From Oceanibacterium hippocampi (lineage in GTDB: Bacteria; Pseudomonadota; Alphaproteobacteria; Sneathiellales; Sneathiellaceae): a stretch of DNA of 32,000 nt. The stretch covers positions 1,301,773 through 1,333,772 of the forward strand of contig NZ_FWFR01000001.1 in NCBI RefSeq assembly GCF_900172325.1, read 5' to 3'. Each line of letters starts with the position of its first letter. Within the stretch, counting starts at the first letter, position 1. The notes beneath the pieces are model-generated. The model saw only the letters and a program-made list of their open reading frames with translations. It was not told where the DNA came from and did not search any database. A program made the translations under genes and the position numbers. This document shows positions 28,131 to 32,000 of this stretch, in pieces.

Positions 28131-28430
28131 CTAGCCGTCGACGACGAAGCGCTTTTCCTTCGCCTGGTCGAGGAATTCGAGCGCCAGTCCGGTATCGGTC
28201 AGCCGCACGACGCGCGCCCTGTTGCCGAACACCGTGGCGATCGCGCCGACCGGCGGACGGGCCTCGGTGGTGACCAGGACGCCGCTTGTCGACATGTTGG
28301 CAAGTGTCGCGGCGTGAATCTCGCCGTTCTCGAGCACGAGCTTCGATTTCAGATGGCCACCCGATTTCAGCGCCGGGGTGACGCGCCGGCAGCGCCGCTG
28401 ATCGAGTTCCTGTTTCTGGCTACTTGCCAT
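28131..28430 (-). CDS. Stand-alone PilZ-domain protein (putative c-di-GMP receptor)
   Basis: 99 aa. The RxxxR motif is QRRCRRV, and N-x-S-x-x-G (LANMSTSGVLV) lies about 30 residues later. The length fits a single PilZ beta-barrel. Confidence 0.75.
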   Translation of the reverse strand: MASSQKQELDQRRCRRVTPALKSGGHLKSKLVLENGEIHAATLANMSTSGVLVTTEARPPVGAIATVFGNRARVVRLTDTGLALEFLDQAKEKRFVVDG

Positions 28431-28543
28431 GATGCATCCCGTACAAGGCGACTACCAAGGGCAGCACGCTATCTGCAAATGCCACTAAAGACAATTGCGT
28501 GAAACGCCCGTTGTGCCGCGGCTACATTGCGTTCTTACATTTG

Positions 28544-28572
28544 TTGACAGGGATTCGTTTAAGAATTCTAAT
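28544..28572 (+). promoter_or_regulatory. Sigma70-type promoter candidate for the small ORF at 28593
   Basis: TTGACA (28544-28549), a 17-nt spacer, then TCTAAT (28567-28572). It lies in a locally AT-rich patch of an otherwise GC-rich window. Confidence 0.4.
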
Positions 28573-28573
28573 T

Positions 28574-28591
28574 CCTTGCCGAGGGGCAAGG
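28574..28591 (+). promoter_or_regulatory. 5'-leader hairpin presenting or sequestering the Shine-Dalgarno sequence
   Basis: CCTTGCC-GAGG-GGCAAGG forms a perfect 7-bp stem. The GAGG loop is the only SD-like sequence, and the stem ends 1 nt before the ATG at 28593. Confidence 0.4.
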
Positions 28592-28592
28592 C

Positions 28593-28910
28593 ATGGCGAT
28601 CCGGAATCCCGTTTGGCGGATCGTCTGCAACGCACGGGGTGCGGCCATGGCACCGATGCACGGAGTCCTTTTGGCAGTCACAATTCTGGTCGCGTCGCTG
28701 TTCGCTCCGCCGGCGGCGGTCTCGACGCAGGATGGCGTCGAGACCGCCGCCGGTACCGCCGACGCGGTGCCGAGCCGCGTCTGGCACCGCTGCCTGCGCC
28801 ACGGTCATTGCCGGAGCGATGGCAGCTGGCTGCAGCTGCCGGCACCGGCCGGTATCGCCATCGTTCTGCTCGCGGTAGCCGGTGTGGCCCGGCGCAAGGG
28901 CTGGTTCTAG
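28593..28910 (+). CDS. Small secreted Cys/His-rich protein with a C-terminal TM plus basic tail (sorting-signal-like)
   Basis: 105 aa (87 aa if it starts at the ATG at 28647). Third-position GC is high in this frame. The N-terminal hydrophobic segment is GVLLAVTILVASLFAPPAAVS, the core is SRVWHRCLRHGHCRSDGSW, and the C-terminus is LPAPAGIAIVLLAVAGVARRKGWF. It has its own promoter-like and SD-like signals. No homolog is recognised from memory. Confidence 0.5.
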   Translation: MAIRNPVWRIVCNARGAAMAPMHGVLLAVTILVASLFAPPAAVSTQDGVETAAGTADAVPSRVWHRCLRHGHCRSDGSWLQLPAPAGIAIVLLAVAGVARRKGWF

Positions 28911-29785
28911 CGCGTCGTCCGGGTGGACCCGCCCCGGCCGCGCAGATAGACGACCCAGTAGACCAGCGCGACCAGCAACGCGCCGCCGGCGATATTGCCG
29001 GCCGTCACGATCGCCAGGTTGGCCGTCGCGGCGCCGATCCCGACATTTGCGCCGGCCAGCATGCCGATCGGCAGCAGGTACATGTTCGCCACGGAATGTT
29101 CGAAGCCGAGCGCCACGAAGGCGCTGATCGGAAAGATGATCGCGGCGATCCTGCCGGCCACGTCGCGCGCCGCGAAGCAGAGCCAGACCGCGAGGCAGAC
29201 CAGAGCGTTGCAGAGCAGGCCGCGGAAGAAAGCCTCGACCGGCCCGAGTGCCGCCTTGCCCTCGGCGATTCGGATTGCCGTTTCCGCGACGGCCCCGTCG
29301 CCCGCTGCCAGCCCGCCGGCGAGGTGGAGAAAGAGCGCCGCGCCGAGCGCGCCGGCGAAGTTTCCGGCATAGACGATGCCCCAGTTGCGCAGCATCTCCG
29401 CCGTCGTCACCCGGCGGTCGGCCCAGGCCATGGCGATCAGGTTGTTGCCGGTGAAAAGCTCGGCCCCGCCGACGATCACCAGCACGAGGCCGAGTGAGAA
29501 GGCGAGCCCGCCGAGCAGCCGGGTCGGGCCGAAGCCGATCGTCGAGCCGGTGATGACGACCGTGTAGAACATCGCCCCGAAGGCGATGAAGGCGCCGGCG
29601 AGGAGCGCCAGGGTGAACAGGGTCAGGGCCGGAAGCCTGGCCTTGACGATCCCCGATTCCGTCACCAGACGGGCCATCTCGGCCGGCTTGTGGGCATCGA
29701 GGCCCAGGGTCCCGTCGGCCGTCGCCGGTTGTCGCGCGCCGCTGTTATCCGCCATCCCGTCCGCTCCCGCCAGTTCCAACCTCAT
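28907..29785 (-). CDS. Formate/nitrite transporter (FNT) family channel
   Basis: 6-TM FNT pattern: LLAGAFIAFGAMFY, GAELFTGN, LLCNALVCLAVW and GFEHSVANMY. The start could be 29785 or the ATG at 29755. Confidence 0.9.
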   Translation of the reverse strand: MRLELAGADGMADNSGARQPATADGTLGLDAHKPAEMARLVTESGIVKARLPALTLFTLALLAGAFIAFGAMFYTVVITGSTIGFGPTRLLGGLAFSLGLVLVIVGGAELFTGNNLIAMAWADRRVTTAEMLRNWGIVYAGNFAGALGAALFLHLAGGLAAGDGAVAETAIRIAEGKAALGPVEAFFRGLLCNALVCLAVWLCFAARDVAGRIAAIIFPISAFVALGFEHSVANMYLLPIGMLAGANVGIGAATANLAIVTAGNIAGGALLVALVYWVVYLRGRGGSTRTTR

Positions 29786-29840
29786 ACTGGCGAAGCCCGG
29801 GGGCGGCGGCCTTGCGCTCGATCAAGCGGCGTCGCGGCTG

Positions 29841-30827
29841 TTACTCGGGCGCGATCAGCCCCTCGGCGCGCAGCCAGCGGATGCTGTCGTCGAGCATGAC
29901 GTTGATCGACACCTTGCGGTAGCCGAGTTCGTTCGCTGCCTTGCTGGAGACGATGCGGGGATGGCCGAGGACCATCTCGGCCGCCTCCGGGGTGAAATCC
30001 GGCTCCTTGCCAGTGACCGACGCGCCGAGTGCCTTGGCACGGGCGACCAGCCGGACCATGACGCCGGAGAAGGTGCGCTTAGGCGTCTTCTTCCCGAGCA
30101 TCCGGCCGATCGTCGTGACCACCTCGAGGAAGCTCGCGTCGGTCCCGCCGAGCAGGTAGTTGGCGCCGGCCCGGCCGCGCTGCGCGGCGGAAATGTGGGC
30201 GCGGGCTACCTCCTCGGCGTGGGCGAAGGACCCGGCGCCCGGCGGTACGCCCGGGAGCTTGCCGCTGTCGACCATGCGGATCATCCGGGCCCAGTTGTCC
30301 CGGTCGTAGCGGCCGATCACGTGGGCCGGGTTGAGCACCACGACCTCGAAGCCCGGCGCGTTGGCGGCCAGCGCCGCTTCCTCGGCCAGTGCTTTCGAGC
30401 GGCTGTAGTTGATCCAGGAATCCGCGCCGGTCTTGGTCGTCGTCTCGCTGATCGCGTCATGCTCGAGCCCGTAGACGTTCCAGGTCGAGGTATGGATGAA
30501 GCGCTTCGCCCCGGCGGCCCTGGCCGCGGCCAGCATGTTCTTCGTGCCGTCGACGTTCTCCGCCGTCTGGCGCTCGTTGTTGCGCGACCAGACCGAGGTG
30601 TTGGCCGCGACGTGGAAGACCGCGTCGACACCCTCCGGGATCGCCCGGGCAAGGCTGTCCGGCTCCAGCAGCGCGCCGCTGGCGAGCGTGACCGGATAGC
30701 CGTCCAGGGCCGAGATATCGGATTCCGGGCGGTGCAGCGCGGTCACCGACCAGCCCGCCTGGCAGAGCTGCTCGATCAGGTTCCGGCCGAGAAAACCGGT
30801 GCCGCCGGTGACGAATGCCTGTTTCAT
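29841..30827 (-). CDS. NAD(P)-dependent epimerase/dehydratase (extended SDR, aldehyde/flavonol-reductase-like)
   Basis: The Rossmann motif is MKQAFVTGGTGFLGRNL. The catalytic Y-x-x-x-K is INYSRSKALAE. 328 aa. Confidence 0.88.
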   Translation of the reverse strand: MKQAFVTGGTGFLGRNLIEQLCQAGWSVTALHRPESDISALDGYPVTLASGALLEPDSLARAIPEGVDAVFHVAANTSVWSRNNERQTAENVDGTKNMLAAARAAGAKRFIHTSTWNVYGLEHDAISETTTKTGADSWINYSRSKALAEEAALAANAPGFEVVVLNPAHVIGRYDRDNWARMIRMVDSGKLPGVPPGAGSFAHAEEVARAHISAAQRGRAGANYLLGGTDASFLEVVTTIGRMLGKKTPKRTFSGVMVRLVARAKALGASVTGKEPDFTPEAAEMVLGHPRIVSSKAANELGYRKVSINVMLDDSIRWLRAEGLIAPE

Positions 30828-30844
30828 TCCGCTGTCACTGCCTT

Positions 30845-32000
30845 CTATCCTGACTGACGTCCCGCCCGGCGGATGCCCCAGAGCATTACCGGGTCTTCGC
30901 GACCTCTTATGGCATGCTTGCCGCCCGGCGTCAGATCGTCGTTGCCGCCGCCTTCCGTTTTGACCCGCCTGACCAGCGCGTCGCTGGCCAGCACGTCGTG
31001 GTCGAGTTCCCGGGTCATCCGCTCGATGCGGTTCGCGACATTGACCGTATCGCCGAGCACGGCGAGCTCCAGCCGGTTTTCGTCGCCGATGTCGCCGACC
31101 ACGACCGGTCCGTAATGGATTCCGATGCCCGCCTCTACCGGCTGCGTACCGCGTGCCGCCCGCTCCTCGTTCCAGCGCCCGAGTTCCTCGCGCATCGCGA
31201 TGGCCGTGCGAAGCGCGTTCGTGGCGTCATTGGGGCCAGGTTGCGGTGTGCCGAAAGTCGCCATCAATCCGTCGCCGGTGAATTTCTCCAAGGTCCCGTC
31301 GTGCGCGAACAGGATCGCCGAGAGCCGGGCATAGAACTCGCGGAGCAGCGCGATCAGCGCCGCCGAATCGAGGGTCTCGCTCAGGCGGGTGAAGTTGCGG
31401 ATGTCGACGAACATGACCGCGACTTCCTGGGTCCGGGCTGTGGTCAGCGGCTGGTCGGAGTTCGCGAGTTCATCGACCAGGTTGGCGGAGAAGTAGCGGG
31501 CGAGATTGGTGCGTTCCCGTTCAGTCGCGGCGTGACGGTAGACCAGCCCGCGCGTGCGATGAACGAATAGTGCCAGGATCGCCGAGGTTAGAAGGTAGAG
31601 AATGATCGTCGTCACGGCGACGCTCAGGTTGATCCGGTAGGGATCGCCGACGAGCGCGATCTTCTCGCCGACCGTGTAGCTCGCCCACTGTTCGCTCGTG
31701 ATCAGAGGCGGGCTGCTCGGCAGCATCTGGACGAAGACCACCGTCGCACTCCACAGGATCGCCGATACCGCACCCGTCCAGAGCACGACCCGCGGCGTGA
31801 AATAGAAGATCGAGCCGCAAATCAGCAGGAAGAAGTAGAGATTGACGCCGAAACTGAAATGGAGCTGGGCGGGCCAGTTCTCGACGCGGAAGGGATTGTC
31901 CGCGAAGGCGACGGCGAGCATCGCCAGTCCGTCGACGAGGGGCACCAGGCCAAGAACCCATTCCCGGTCGTAGCCGCGACTGAAGAGAAAGCGGACGACG
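30845..32000 (-). CDS. Membrane-anchored class III adenylate/guanylate cyclase (5' end probably beyond the window)
   Basis: The CHD catalytic domain reads VAVMFVDIRNFTRLSE, EKFTGDGLMATFG, GIGIHYGPVVVGDIG and AVLGDTVNVANRIE, preceded by several TM helices. The ORF-track start at 31945 is a GTG. The same frame stays open with no stop to base 32000 (...VVRFLFSRGYDREWVLGLV-PLVDG), so the true start may lie outside the window. Confidence 0.85.
   Translation of the reverse strand, partial: VVRFLFSRGYDREWVLGLVPLVDGLAMLAVAFADNPFRVENWPAQLHFSFGVNLYFFLLICGSIFYFTPRVVLWTGAVSAILWSATVVFVQMLPSSPPLITSEQWASYTVGEKIALVGDPYRINLSVAVTTIILYLLTSAILALFVHRTRGLVYRHAATERERTNLARYFSANLVDELANSDQPLTTARTQEVAVMFVDIRNFTRLSETLDSAALIALLREFYARLSAILFAHDGTLEKFTGDGLMATFGTPQPGPNDATNALRTAIAMREELGRWNEERAARGTQPVEAGIGIHYGPVVVGDIGDENRLELAVLGDTVNVANRIERMTRELDHDVLASDALVRRVKTEGGGNDDLTPGGKHAIRGREDPVMLWGIRRAGRQSG

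Noticed and set aside
28494-28532. A direct repeat ATTGCGT (28494-28500 and 28526-28532) lies upstream of the small-ORF promoter and could be a regulator site.
   Set aside because: A 7-mer recurring once within about 160 bp is close to chance expectation, and there is no supporting dyad symmetry.

Overview
This is a very GC-rich chromosomal segment, with G or C at almost every third codon position. Gene content and order look alphaproteobacterial (Hyphomicrobiales/Rhizobiales-like). That assignment is an inference from the ribF-ileS-lspA-lipoprotein-M16 pair arrangement, a MutH-independent endonuclease-type MutL, and a small DUF2093-like gene fused onto the end of xseA.

I call 30 protein-coding genes, two of them cut by the window edges. 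They are ribF', ileS, two tandem lspA, a lipoprotein, an M16 peptidase pair, pgi, mutL, a K+/H+ antiporter, phoH-like, rsmD, an rluB-family synthase, a C26 amidotransferase, tadA, an ACAD10/11-type acyl-CoA dehydrogenase, a DUF2817/M14-like protein, two tandem APH-type kinases, purD, xseA, DUF2093, an M23 peptidase, an IMPase-family protein, pmbA, a PilZ protein, a small secreted peptide candidate, an FNT channel, an SDR epimerase/reductase and a class III cyclase'.

I see no rRNA, tRNA, CRISPR array, transposase, integrase, phage gene or recognisable defence gene. The many long ORFs antisense to these genes are GC-rich artefacts.

The window is mostly core housekeeping, and I cannot demonstrate a new multi-gene system in it. 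The parts that deserve a second look are:
1. A 274-bp structured spacer whose strong minus-strand terminator sits 29 nt upstream of the phoH start codon.
2. A small Cys/His-rich secreted peptide gene with a near-consensus promoter, an SD-in-loop hairpin and a C-terminal sorting-signal-like tail, divergent from a PilZ gene.
3. A split bacterial version of the ACAD10/11 kinase plus dehydrogenase module, with two kinase paralogs.
4. A tandem pair of apparently intact lspA genes.
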